A DNA stretch of 64,000 bases from Lytechinus pictus (taxonomy: Eukaryota): the NCBI RefSeq assembly GCF_037042905.1, contig NC_087245.1, forward strand, positions 28,708,001 through 28,772,000, read 5' to 3'. The translations under genes were made by a program, and so were the position numbers. The notes under the pieces were generated by a model. It saw only the letters and a list, made by a program, of their open reading frames with translations. It was not told the origin of the DNA and did not search any database. Positions 1 to 13,402 of this stretch are shown here, in pieces; the stretch's first letter is position 1; each line of letters begins with the position of its first letter.

Positions 1-3000
1 ATTACTTAAGCGACACAACTCCAATATATTGCCATGAATGCATTTGCCTTTTGATATTTTACTAATTTCTTATTAAGTCATAGGGAATGAGTTAAATTAC
101 CAGTCCCCTATTTGTGGTACTGAATGATTATCATTTATACCATGTATTTCCTAAGCACTTGTCCTTAAAGTGTATTATTACTCACCATGATTAGTAAGTG
201 TACTTTTTTGAGGGTTGCTATTTGTAATAACAGAGCATTCCCTAATGTTCGCTGGTGGGTGTATGGTCCAATATATTACTGAAAAATTAGCAAAATAAGT
301 TGGCATGATTTTTCAGCTTTTAACTTGAATCATCCATGTACAAAGCCTATATGGAAATCACATATCACTTTTCTTTGAGTGTTTCTAACTCCGGTAGCTT
401 GCGCTACTTAGTTTATTTAAAGTAGTATTTCTGTAGAATAAGATCACATTGTATAAATGTGTGCTACATCATACAGTAAACTGGTCTCAGTTTGGTCCTT
501 ATAGGTTTCAAAAGAGCCAATTCAAATTGATAGAGTTTGAAATAGCTCAAAATAGCCCAAAATAAAAACCATTCCTTTTCATTGAGTGTGTCTACCTCCC
601 GTAGCTTGCACAACTTCATTTATTTCAAGTAGTATTTCTATACAATAAGATCACATTGTATAAATGCGTAATGCATCATCAGGTAAACTGGTCTCAGTTT
701 CATAAAGACTTGTTATAATAACAAATGCCTAATTACTATAACAAGTTTACTATCAGCCAATCATATTGATAGATTTCAGTAGATTTAAACTGTTGAAAAT
801 TTCTTATTATAACAAGTTTTGTGGAACTAGCCACTTGTTTTATTTTTTTCCATGTGACCACAATTCAGAATCAAATAGAGTATTTTAGATCTGAATGATA
901 ACCCATTGTTGTAACGAAATGTAGGTTTTTGTCCATTTGTATAATTTTATTTCGTACATGGCTGATTAGCAATTTGTAGGATGATATGATATATCATCTA
1001 CCAATTTTGAAGTGTTGATTTTTTTTTTTTACAAATGATGACTTTGGGGAAGTTCATAATAGTTCACAAGGTATAACCATAATATAAATTCAAGTATGTT
1101 ATAATGTACTTTGATAAGGTCCATATGTAACTTTGTATCCATTATTATCACAAGCCAGTCAAAGCTGATTCATATACAAAGTTTTTAAAGTGTACATTGT
1201 TGACTGTGTAGATTTACAAGTTAATTCGAGAGTAAGCTTCAATGTCTTGAATTGATTCTTCCTGCATATTAAAAAGTACCTAAAAGTCACAACATTTATT
1301 TGATTATTATATAATATATAAGTGATTGTGATGATAATTGATTGCTACATGTCCTGCTTGCAAGTGGCAGGACACGTGAGAAAACACTTGTTATATAGAG
1401 AAACTTGTATGTATTGTAAAGACCACCCAAATGAGACAAGAAAAGTGGTCTTCATGAGCAGGTGGTCTTCTTGGATAGACATGTTCCTTCAATGTATGTT
1501 TTAATCTGGAATTCCAATCAAAGGAAACTAAATTTGTAGTCTTTATAGACAGGTGACCCATCTATACCGGTGGATACTAAAGGTTTAACTGTAAATAGAA
1601 AGAAAGAAAAATAATTGTTTTTAAGATTGTTCAGGATATATTAATTTTATTTCAGAAAGACGTATTTCCAAGCTGTGCTTGCATAATATATATGTTATAT
1701 TTTTGATATTTGTACTTTTATATGATATATTGATGGCACTACATTGTCAAATGTCAAAATTAATCAGGTGTATTAATCTACTTACAACATTGAGACACAT
1801 TTCAGATCATATGAAAGTTTTTAACCTTGTTCAAAGTTACATTAGAAAGCACTACAAGCAGTGAGACTACCACAGGCATTTCACTTGTCAAATTGAAAAT
1901 AGTCAAATAGTCAAATTGACTGGTTGCCAAATAAAAAGAAGACCCCCCCCCTTGTTGATATTTATTTGGAAAATAGTGATTTAACATGATTATTTTCATT
2001 TGTCTTTCTTTTTGTAATGATAAATTGTTTTGAAATGGGTAACCACAAAGAGATCTTGTCATATAATTATCATGAATAATGTCTCGTCAAGTGAGAATAA
2101 TCATTGGTTGTTGCTCACCATGGGTAAACTGATGAAATGTGTAATGAAACTTCCACCAAGGGATAAAACCAAGTAATTTCCATGATAGCACTAAAGTATC
2201 ATTTTGTGATGTTTCATTTCCTAACTATCATTAAAAGCATGTGGTTTTAGCCAGTGGTGGTTCCAGCGAAAGGGGGGGGGGGGTGGGGTTGGGTTGGGTA
2301 GTGATAATTTGATATTTTGTCTTTTTGAGAGAAAATAACTGATCATGACAGTGATCAGTTGTAAGTCTTTGATAACCTTTCTTTTTTTTTGCTTGTCAAT
2401 ATCTTCTTGGCTAACAATGAGGTAATTTCTTGCCAATGAGAACTGTTTTATTTTCAAAATTCTTTTGTCATAAAGAATGGATAATTTTTCAGACCCCTCC
2501 CAGTTATATAATCCTGGAGCCACCACTGGGTTCAGGGATTATTAGTAAAGTTATATTTTTTGTTGATCTGGTTTTACATCTAGCCCTTTTTTACTCAGAA
2601 ATAATAATTAATGACTCATAGCAATGAATCAATTGGGCTCTCATTTTCCAATTTCAATGTAGCGATTTAAGATGAATAAGGTGTAATTGGGAATTATATG
2701 TATATATATATCTATAAATCTGTTTTTGTCTGCTTCATATTATACAGCTTTGTCATATGATTTCATTATGTAGGTATGCTCAACATTTCAAAAGCAACCT
2801 CAAGTAACTGCCCATTTAAATCATTTGAGCCATAGAAATTTTTTCAACTTTGGAGAAATTGGACTGAGAAGAGAGGTAAATAGAATCCATGACATTTGAA
2901 CCGGCAACATTTGCTCCAATGGAAAGCCAAACATAAAACTAAACCTCCGAAACTAAATAAACCCTAATCCATATCTTTACATTATTCTGAACCAAAAACT

Positions 3001-6000
3001 CTATTGCAATCCTTACTCTAACCCTATGCCCTCTGTGATATTAAGACCGGGGCAAATGTTGCAGGAGCAAATGTTGTGTGAACATATACACTGGTAAATA
3101 GCACATAGATTTTTGCACAAACTATTCAGAAAAAAGAAGTGATTATTTGTAGACTGAACTGTGCTTTCTTTTGCCAATTTGCGTCTGATTAATTCACTTC
3201 TAAAGCTAAACACACACTTAGCTTCTCTTTTCATTTTCTCCTGTTCAAAGCAATTATTTTCAAATATATAATTTTTTGTACTTTTATACTTGAACATTAA
3301 AATTCTAAGTTTTTTAATTTCATGATCAGTTCTTTTGACATATTCTTAGCAGATTATGTATCTTTTTTTGTCTTATGTAGTTAAGGGCTGTATTCATTCT
3401 TGTTGGAAATGTTTATTTTCTTCATTAATTTTTCTTCCAGGGATGTGAACCTGGGTGATTGAGCTCTGTTTTCTGTATAAAAATTCATATCTTGAAAAAT
3501 GATTTTCTTTTTAAAGTTACAAGGGTTACTTCTTTGAATAGAAACTGGCAACTAATATATACTGTATCTGATTCTATTTTACTTACACGTATGTTCTTTC
3601 AAGGGTGTGTAATTTTATATTTGAATTGAGTGACAATCCCGACCTTTCGTTTGAGGACGCGCACGCTTATTTACGACGGTAGTTGATTTTGGAAGAGACC
3701 TTTTGGGCCCGTCATCATGGTCGTAAAACTCTGTCCTGCAATGCAAATTGTGTGACATGAGATTATTTTTTTTGTTTCGCATCTGCGACGGAAACATTCA
3801 ATATGCGTTTCGTGTGCAAAATTCTGGTTGCTACTATGGTAACAGCGATATATCCGATTGAGGACGACTTTCCAAAGCCACATTTGACTCCTCCTACAGC
3901 TCGAGAGGCCGCCCCGGGGGGCCCACTTCCATTGATTAGTGGATACCAGGAGCGAACACGCGTTAAAGGGGACAGAGTGGTCAGGTACGTTACTTATAGG
4001 CCTATGTAACGTAATAAGGGTGTCAAAACGATGTTTAAAATGCTGAAAAAAAGGGATATATATCCAATACTTGTAGGGTTTCACAAGCCAAATACTTGTT
4101 AAGAGATGCATTTTCATAATCTGGAAAAGAATTGCTTCCCTTGTTTAGGGTACTTTTCGAAACCTCATGGTCATGCCTGGTATCCACTCATCAATGGAAG
4201 TGGTCCCCCCGGAATTTGAATCTAATCCCCCATTTCTGGGGAAAGTAAAACATAATGCCCATTACATCGTGTGCGAGAGGCATATCATTTGTGTAGAAGG
4301 AGTAAACAAAAGAAACAAAGAAACAAAAGAAACAAGTTCAAACGTATTGCATATGCTGTGCACATATCAACACGTGCAAAATTTTTGGCTGGAGAGGTTG
4401 ATCTGACCCATGAAATCAATTGCCAGTGATCCACCAATAATCCACATTAAATGTAATATCGATTCGATGGACTGTAATGATCTATATCTATGCCTTCATT
4501 CAGTAAGTTTTTCCTCACTCAATATGTACTCAATTTGTTTGAAAAACCACTTTCTTATCCATGTCATAATCTATTTTAGGTCCTGCATTTCGAATATCTC
4601 CAGCCATCAGTCGTAATATACATGCATGTATGGTGGGTGTCGCGGAAAAGGATTTTGTACACGAAAAGCAGATCTGTAGGACATGTAACCCCCCTGTAAC
4701 ACAAAGCTTAGCATTGATTGTAGAGCAGTTTTCTACGTTTGATTCTATTGACTATAATGCACAATCAATCTTAAAAATCAAGTGTATGATTAAGCGTTAA
4801 CTTTTGTGTTAGGGGACCCTAATATTAGCGTCCGTGAGGACTGCGAAAGGTCCCAAATAAGAGCTGACTGACTCATGCTTATCTTAAAAGGGAAGTCCAT
4901 CCTGATGATAATTTGGTTTTTATGCAGATTAAATAGCAAAATATATTGGTGAAGGTTTGATGAAAATCCAAGAATAAGAGATTTATGAATCTTTATTTGC
5001 GATGTCATAATTATATGAGCAGCCCCCATTTATTATGTCATACAAATTCCATAAATTAGATTTTTTTTTAAAATGGCACATGATGTATGAAAATATTTTT
5101 CTTGAAGAAGGGGATGATGTATCTGATGGTATATCCACCATGCAAAATAAAATCACTTTCAAATTTATGAGAAAGTGGCATTATGAGAGTTTATATGACA
5201 TGACAGAGGATCTGCTCTACTGTGATGTCACAAAAAAACTTGCAAATTTCATAAGTCTTTTTTTTTCATCAAACCTTAATGTATATTTTTTCCTTTAATT
5301 TTTTTTTTGGTGTGAAATCCATCTTATTATCAGGCTAAATTTCCTATTCAATAGCTCCAACATAAGTTTCTGGATAGATTGACAGCTATATTTGTAGCCT
5401 CATTTCAATATGGGGAACTATGATGTCCTCCAATTAAATAATGATAATAAAATAAGATGGAAATCTATTACCATTGCTTTGTTGACATGTTCAAAGTTTG
5501 ATATTTTATTGTGCTAAAATATAAAAATTGAAGTGTGAGATATGATGAGATTACTCAAGAGGAACCAATCCAAAATAAGATTGAAAATCTCAATCTAATA
5601 GAAGTCAATCTTTTTTTTTCAATCTAGTTTTGGATTGTCCTAAACCACAATCAACTTCCCATTATTATGGGATTTAGAGAGAAGAAACTAGAAGAGAGAT
5701 CTAGCTGAGGCTAAATCTAAGCTCTTAACATTCATCTGGGTTTCCATCAATATTCAGGATTCTGTGCTAAAAAGTTGAGTAAAAATCACTAAAGTAAATC
5801 ACACGTAAGTAAAATATTGTCTAAATGGTAAATTCTCATGCAAGAATGTGTAAATTCTATACAGGCACATTTGGTATCATTTACCCAAGAAACATGCCTT
5901 CACATGTTGAGCCTCTTTGCCAGGGAGAAAAAAAAAAAAATAGACAATATGGTTATTGTACCGAGATTGCTGAGGTATTTATCTCAAGATATCCCACCAG

Positions 6001-6139
6001 TGACCACATTGTTTTCTTCCCCCCCCCAGCCGCAACAGCTGATAAATCAATGAATAAATGATTTTGATAATGATAATAATAACAATGATGATATGATAGT
6101 GACAATATCTGATGATGATAACGATGATACTATTACTTT

Positions 6140-6167
6140 GATTACTACTACTACTACTCCTACTATG

Positions 6168-6241
<74 letters not shown>

Positions 6242-6361
6242 TACTACTACTACTACTACTACTAGCTACTACTACTAGCTACTACTACTACTAGCTACTA
6301 CTACTACTACTATGCTAATACTACTACTACTACTATATATACTACTATACTACTACTACTA

Positions 6362-6411
<50 letters not shown>

Positions 6412-6501
6412 TGTACTACTACTACTACTACTACTATACTACTACTCCTACTAGCTACTACTACTACTAGCTACTATTACTACTACTACTATGCTACTAC
6501 T
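6140..6501. repeat. (CTA)n microsatellite, continuing at 7981-8055
   Basis: Long imperfect TAC/CTA run, split by the element at 6502-7980. Confidence 0.95.
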
Positions 6502-7980
6502 CCCAGGACCTAAATCCAATTGAAACCAGTTGGATTTCCAACTGGTTTCAATTGGTTTCAATTGGTTTTAACTGGTTTCAATTGGTTTTAACTGGAATTT
6601 AACAATTTCCAGTTGAAACCAATTGAAACCAGTTGCGGCAACTGGAAATCCTAACTGGAACCAGTTGGGCAACTGGAAATCCTAACTGGAACCAGTTGGG
6701 TAACTGGAAATGACTTCCAACTGGAAATGATTTCTAACTGGAACCAGTTGGGCAACTGGAAATCCTAACTGGAACCAGTTGGGCAACTGGAAATCCTAAC
6801 TGGAACCAGTTGGGTAACTGGAAATGACTTCAAACTGGAAATGATTTCTAACTGGAACCAGTTGGGTAACTGGAAATCCTAACTGGAACCAGTTGGGTAA
6901 CTGGAAATGACTTCCAATTGGAAATGACTTCCAACTGGAACCAGTTGCGATAACTGGAAATCCTAACTGGAACCAGTTGGGTAACTGGAAATCCTAACTT
7001 GAACCATGCAGTTGTGTAACTGGAAATCCTAACTGGTACCAATTGGGTAACTGGAGATGACTTCTAACTGGAAAGATGGGTAATTTGAAATGAATTCTAA
7101 TTGGAACCAGTTGGGTAACTGGAAATGATTTCCAATTGGTTTCCAATTGGAAATTTTCCAGTTACCCAACTGGATCCAATTGAAACCAGTTAATTTGCAT
7201 ATTATCTGCCAGTGTGCACAGATTAATGTTTTATGAGATTCATCATCATTAACAATGTATCTATTTAATTCTTTTCAATTTCAAGTGCCACACTTTTTAA
7301 AGATAAGTATTTAGAATACTTAGCAGTGAAAACCATGTTCATAAATGTTATAGATTATAATTAAAACAGATTAAAGGATAATTAGTACACCACTAACTGT
7401 TACCAAATTACATCAAATAAAAATACATATATTTGAAGATCTTCCATATAATATATACATATGAAAGTCTGTACTTTATCAATGCCCTTTACATTGGTAT
7501 CAATAGACATATAATACTGCTTCTGTGTTGGCATATCAGCAATAGTTAGTGCAAATGCATGCTAATTAATTTGTAACTAATTAAGTTCATTCCAATTAGT
7601 TCCAATTGGATCCAGTTGGAAACCAATTGGTTTCAACTGGTTCCAGTTGAATCCAGTTGCCTCCAATTGGTTTCAACTGGAACCAATTGAAACCAGTTGC
7701 CTCCAATTGGATTCAATTGGTGTTAATAGGGAAATTGGAACAACTGGAACCAATTGACACCGATTGCCAACTGGTTCCAGGAATCCAGTTGCCCAATTGG
7801 TTTTAACTGGAACCAATTGGCAACTGGTTTTCAATTGGAACCAGTTGGTTTTAACTGGAACCAATTGGCAACTGGTTTTCAATTGGAACCAGTTGTTCCA
7901 ATTTCCCTATTGAAACCAGTTGGCCAACTGGTTTCAATTGGTTTTGCCCTAATTGGTTTTAACTGGATTTTGGTCCTGGG
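6502..7980. mobile_element. non-autonomous TIR DNA transposon, EnSpm/CMC-like
   Basis: TIRs CCCAGGACCTAAATCCAATTGAAACCAGTT vs reverse complement CCCAGGACCAAAATCCAGTTAAAACCAATT; apparent 2-bp TSD CT; dense subterminal AACTGG/CCAGTT/CCAATTGG repeats. Confidence 0.75.
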
Positions 7981-8835
7981 CTACTACTACTACTACTACT
8001 ACTATACTACTAGCTACTACTCGGGCTACTACTACTAAGCTACTACTACTACTATATGCTGCTGCTCAATGTGATCAATTAACACTGTATTTTAATTATA
8101 CTGGCATAGGCCTACATATGTGGGGCCTTGGGGGGGGGGGCATGGACCCCCAAACAGTGGACCAAGAAAAAATAAACAGGAAACATTATCACAAAAGATA
8201 AAGCTGAAAATGACAGGAAACAGGTGAAATATGATATACCATTTTAATTATAAGTCAAAATCTATCATAAAATTTGAGGTTGGCAAAAAAAAAAGAAGAG
8301 AACGTCCTGTGCGCCATGTCTGCCTCCCCCCCAAAAAAAATAAAGAAAAAGAAAAATGGCTCATTAAGCTACTGACTGTGGTTATCTAATTTATCATAAA
8401 GTGAAATGTACATTTGGGACAATTGTGCAGTGGTAACTATAATGGAATCAATAATTTAACAGCTTTAAACAGAAACGAATGTCTTTTACTCTCAGACCCA
8501 TTTTAAGTCAATTCTTTCCTGATGAACTATTCAACTGTCTCCAAAGTAGTAGACATTCAGAGAGTTTCAACCCCATTTTCAACCACTAAAAAAAGAAGAA
8601 AAAAATAAGCCTGTGTGGATTTTGCTGTGTTATCATATTGATGAAAGTATGACAGACATGATATCAAACTAATATTGTTGTGAAGTCGATGACAGTTTAC
8701 CTTGGATTAGATATTTTATAAACAAAAAATTACCAACTCGCAAATGAGACTACAAAGAAGGAGACTTTTCAAAATTAAGTTCAAGTTAAAAATCTCTGAA
8801 AATAATTTTTGTATAACTTATTGACAGTGTTGACG

Positions 8836-8909
8836 GTTGACGCCCTCTACGTTTAACCTCGAGAAGGCAGAGATATATCTTTGAACAGATTGAACGTTTC
8901 CTGGTATGT
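8836..8909 (+). promoter_or_regulatory. candidate promoter / non-coding first exon of paralog A
   Basis: 20-mer GTTGACGCCCTCTACGTTTA (8836-8855) is identical to 27875-27894. It is followed by CGAGAAG and a donor-like CTG|GTATGT at 8904. Confidence 0.4.
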
Positions 8910-9213
8910 ATTTTGTCTTTCTGTAACTTTAGTAACATTTCTTACTTATATTGCTTAGTCATTTTTAGGCAGAGTTCAATGTGAACCCCACTACAAATTG
9001 AAAATAAAAGAAAACTTCGCAAGAGAAACATATTTTGTGGTTTTATTGACGGCTACGCCTACTTACTTGCACTTGCACAGTGCACTTTGCAGTTGCGCCT
9101 CAGTGGCAAATTGTCCATGCATAGACTCATAGTCATAGTCATAGTCATACCGTAGTCACTGTGTATAAATATAATCATTCATATTCATAATCATACTCAT
9201 AGAGGTAGGCCTA

Positions 9214-12200
9214 GAGCGATTAACAGAAGGAGATCTGACTCTCTCAAACGCTTTGCCCCATGCGCGGCTAGCCAGGGCCAGGCGGCTTCTTGAGAGTAAA
9301 AATCATTTATATAACGTAGGCTTACTCTCTAATTCTAAATTAGTAAATAAACGAAGCCAGGCACTGAGGCAGTCCTCCCTATTCATCTGCGTGTACCGCA
9401 AAAAACCCTGAAACTTTCGCCCCCGAGATTTCTACTTTCCTTCTAAAAAAAGATCTATCATGAGACTACCACATATCGACCACCTCTTTTGAAACCGACC
9501 ACCTTGCGCGCGTTAAAATTATTGCGTATTACAAACGATACGCGCGGAGTAGGCGCAGTGTCCATAGAAACGGTAAGAATCGATTTTACAAAAATTTAGT
9601 AGAATTAATCAAAATTTTATTGACCAGACCCAAACCCCGCTGAAAAACCAAGAAATCCGATAGGAAACGGCTCTAGAACAAATATCCGTCGTCAATCGTC
9701 GAATCATGTGCCGCCGTGCCGGAGCTCGCAGTGGAAGTAGTGAGACGATCATCATTACTGATTTAGCATGTTGACATCATAGAACTGATTTGGAAGAGTA
9801 AAAATATTTCGCCACCGCGACAAGAATCGGTCGTAAACTTAATGTACCGCGGGTGGTCGGTTTAAAAAGACGGGTGCAAATGTAAAATCGTCGTATTCGT
9901 TGTTCGTCGATATATACGCGGATTGAATCGGAGTCGCCGAGCGAAACATGGGAATCTGATCTGCTCAATTTTCTTCACAAATGAGACGAAAACTGGGTAA
10001 AATTGATGAATACTTTCGCAGATACGATGCTTAGAACTAGAAGATTAGGTGGTTGATAAGGGGTAGTTCCAACCATACATGGGATAAAACTTCATTTCCG
10101 ACATTTCTACGCTCTCGTTGTTATTTTTAAAACAAGAATTCATCATAAAAAATGAAAAAATATTGTGAAAAGACGGAAGAGACTTGCCCGATGTTTACGC
10201 CGCCATCTTGTTTCTAATTGTACTTCCCACACGTTACGCGACGCTCGCGTCCGTAACGTTGGGGAAGTACAATAAATATTTTTTCATTTTTTATAATGAA
10301 TTCTTGTTTTAAAAATAACAACGAGAGCGTAGAAATGTCGGAAATGAAGTTTTATCCCATGTAATGTACATGATTTAGAGCTAGATCTTTTTAGAAGGAA
10401 AGTAGAAATCTCGGGGGCGAAAGTTTCAGGGTTTTTTGCGGTACACGCAGATGAATAGGGAGGACTGCCTGGCTTCGTTTAGAGTAAGCCTACGTTAGTA
10501 AATGATTTTTACTCTCAAGAAGCCGCCTGGCTATGCGCGGCACCGCTAATCCCCTCTCAGCAGGGTCCCTCACGGCGCATTACACAGGCCGCTCGTAAAT
10601 CAGATAAGGAAAGTTGATCAACGCGGTCGACAGCTCGGGTTTGCGCTTGCGCAGTAGCGTTTTCACCCATAATGCATTTCACATCGGCTTCACGAATTTA
10701 ATGCAAACATGGCGGCTCACGATTTCGAAGACGAAAATCTGGTTTTGGAACCAGCTGAATGCAGGGTGACCAAATTTCACAAAAAGAAATATGGGACAGT
10801 CGACAAAGTACGCTGCATGAGCAGATCGACCGAGCCAGGTCTTAAAAAAAAGATCAACAAAGGAGGCTACACGGTGTTCGACTTGGGAAAACATGTACAG
10901 AATTGGAAGGGGGGGTGAACGAAAGAGTTGAATTGAGAACGAAAAGAAATGAAAATGAAAAGGAAAATGAAGGAAAATATATTAAAAAAAAGGAATGTTA
11001 GAATAAAATGATGAAAGATAGAATAAAAGAAAAAAAATGTTTCCGTCATTCTTTGAAATGAATTAAGAAGGAAAGAAAAAGAAAAGAAGGAAGGGAAGAT
11101 GTGTGAAAGAAAACATAAGGGAGAGAAAAGAAAAAGAGAAGCAAGAAAAAAGGAGGAGGAGAGAAAGAACGAATAAAAGAAAAAGGTTTCCTTCATTCTT
11201 TGAAAGAAAAAAATAAAGAAAGAAGAAAAACCGGAAGGAAGGGAGGGAGGGAAAGAAAGAAAAAGGCCACAAAGTAGAAGGAAAAAATTAAATAAAAAAT
11301 AAAAGAAAGGATGAAAGAGAGGGAGGAAAAAATAAAGGGAGAAGAGAATAAATATAGAGAAAATAATGGAAGGACAGAAAGAACGAAAAGAAAAGGGAGA
11401 AGGAAGCAAAGAAAAGTTTAAGGAAAGAAAAATGAACAGAGAGAGAAGATCAGGAAAGAAAGATAGGGAATAAAGATAGATGGAATAAAAAAGGGGGCAA
11501 AGAGGAAGGATAGAATGATGAAGAAAAAAGGATATGAAAGAAAAAAAAAAGTACAATCTTAAAACAAACAAAAAATCCCATAATGTAACAAAAATCATAA
11601 TGATATTTCGTGTTTCTAAATATATTTAGAATAGAAATAGAATGTTTTAGAAATGGGGGGGGGGGGGGTCGGGTGTCCGGCCACTTTATATTTTGGAAGC
11701 CTTCTTTTTTTTCTTTAGATTAAACTAAAAATATGAATTCAATAGTTGTAATCATCTTTTATTTTTTCTCTATAATTTTTTTTAAATCATAATTATTTTT
11801 TGTACTAAAAATTGTAAAACTTCGCTTGTAAATTTTTCCAAATGACTTTGTAACTTAAAATGAATCGTCCTGACACAGAACAGGGTATACTTCTTTGTGG
11901 TCCCAAACATGTTATTTTTAAGTTCTTTATATGTAGAATAACAATTTTTTGTACTTTGTTCTCCTTTTTACTGGTTTGTAAATTAAATTTATTCGCTCCG
12001 CGGCACCTGCTATTTTCCAAAAACGATCCAGAGACAAGAGCTGAGCGAGCACGAGCTCCCGTCATTCATTACACTCACTTTCAACTTACACAAATAGGAG
12101 TACGGTACGTGGGGCACTGGAGGGTACTCCACGATGCGACAATCGCCAGAGAAATGCCCCGCAGATTCGTTGTTATATTATCAAGACCATTGTAAACACG

Positions 12201-12745
12201 CAAATGATTTTTGCATAAAAATAAAGCTCAAAGTATGCTTTTTCACCTTATTATAATTTCTAAAAAATGTACGAGTAGGGAAAGATTTAACTACGTAAGA
12301 AAGACAGACATACCTAAAATGACCAATCTCCAACTTCCTCCGTTTGTAATTTTGTTGAGTCAAATCAAATTGTGACGTATTTGGTATGTATGCAAAGGGG
12401 ATCATCTCAGAAGTTCAACCATACATAAAAGACGTGCATGAGGAATCCGTACGAAGAGATATGGATGTTAGAAGAACAGCAAGTCGTGTTTCAATTTTGA
12501 AAAAACACTGAGCTCGGAGAGAAGTTATGTGGGAGAACGTCGTTTACGGCGGTGCCTCGCAGGGTCCTTCAAAAAATCTCTGACCTCAGATTTTACGAGG
12601 GGGCTTATCGCGTTATGTAAGCGGGCTCTAACTTTCCCCTGGCGGCTCGCCGATTGATGTTAGATATCGTTCCTTCGCCCGAAGGAAGCGATAACAGAGG
12701 ATTAACAGAGGATTTGGAAGATGGTTCTCCTTCTCTTAATAGCTC
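9214..12745. mobile_element. putative TIR element (Sola2-like termini) with internal inverted repeats
   Basis: GAGCGATTAACAGAAGGAGA (9214) vs reverse complement GAGCTATTAAGAGAAGGAGA (12726-12745); flanks CCTA/CATA. Confidence 0.5.
10920..11570 (+). repeat. GA-rich low-complexity tract
   Basis: Polypurine A/G tract. Confidence 0.9.
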
Positions 12746-12802
12746 CATAGTATGATCATGATAATGGTGGGCCCACTCACACGATAGGTGTCACGCGCGT
12801 AA

Positions 12803-13402
12803 AGGCGACCGCACACCTTACGACTGGTCTGCGACCCGACTTTGGAACAAATCGCATTTTGCTCATTTTCTGAAGATGTGAATGGAACATGTCATTTTAT
12901 TTGAGGTTAAAATTAATTGAAATAACAATATAACAATTTTGAAAGATTGCAAGTCCTTATTTTGGAGTAAAGCCCAAATTAGTTTCAAATCCTAGCCAAT
13001 CGTACGACTGCTATGACGTCATTACGACTAGATCACCCAAGGGTTCATTACATGCCGCCGCGCACAGAAAAATCAAGCCATAGAAGTCATGTGTTGTGGA
13101 CCCAAGAAGTGAGATCCCAGCACGCGCGACCCACTAGTTAGAAATCCACTGCCAAACGCGGTTCGTGGTGCGAGGTTAGTATACATACTAACCTCGCAAT
13201 ACGTGTGAGTGCGACTAGATATTAAATTCGCTTTTATTCTAAGAAGGATGACAGCATAGTCACGAATTTTATCATAGGTATTCGTACGATGATTTAGAAC
13301 ATTACACAGTAAGATATTCCAAGTCTCAATATTAGCATCAAATTACATTACATTTTATTCTGAAATCGGGTCGCAGACCAGTCGTAAGGTGTGCGGTGGC
13401 CT
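12803..13402. mobile_element. PIF/Harbinger-like MITE with a nested 178-bp insert (13034-13211)
   Basis: ~35-bp TIR AGGC(G/C)ACCGCACACCTTACGACTGGTCTGCGACCCGA with TAA TSD. The inner insert is flanked by the 9-bp direct repeat CGACTAGAT. Confidence 0.8.

Noticed and set aside
1..3500. Possible 3'UTR of an upstream gene or fourth ARF; degenerate ~207-bp duplication at ~394/601
   Set aside because: No coding exon or convincing match to the ARF 3' flanks is visible in the window.
6848..8038. Repetitive ORFs (QLVPV/NWNQL)
   Set aside because: Translations of transposon subterminal repeats and the microsatellite.
10867..11598. 243-aa Phe-rich minus-strand ORF
   Set aside because: Translation of a GA-rich low-complexity tract.
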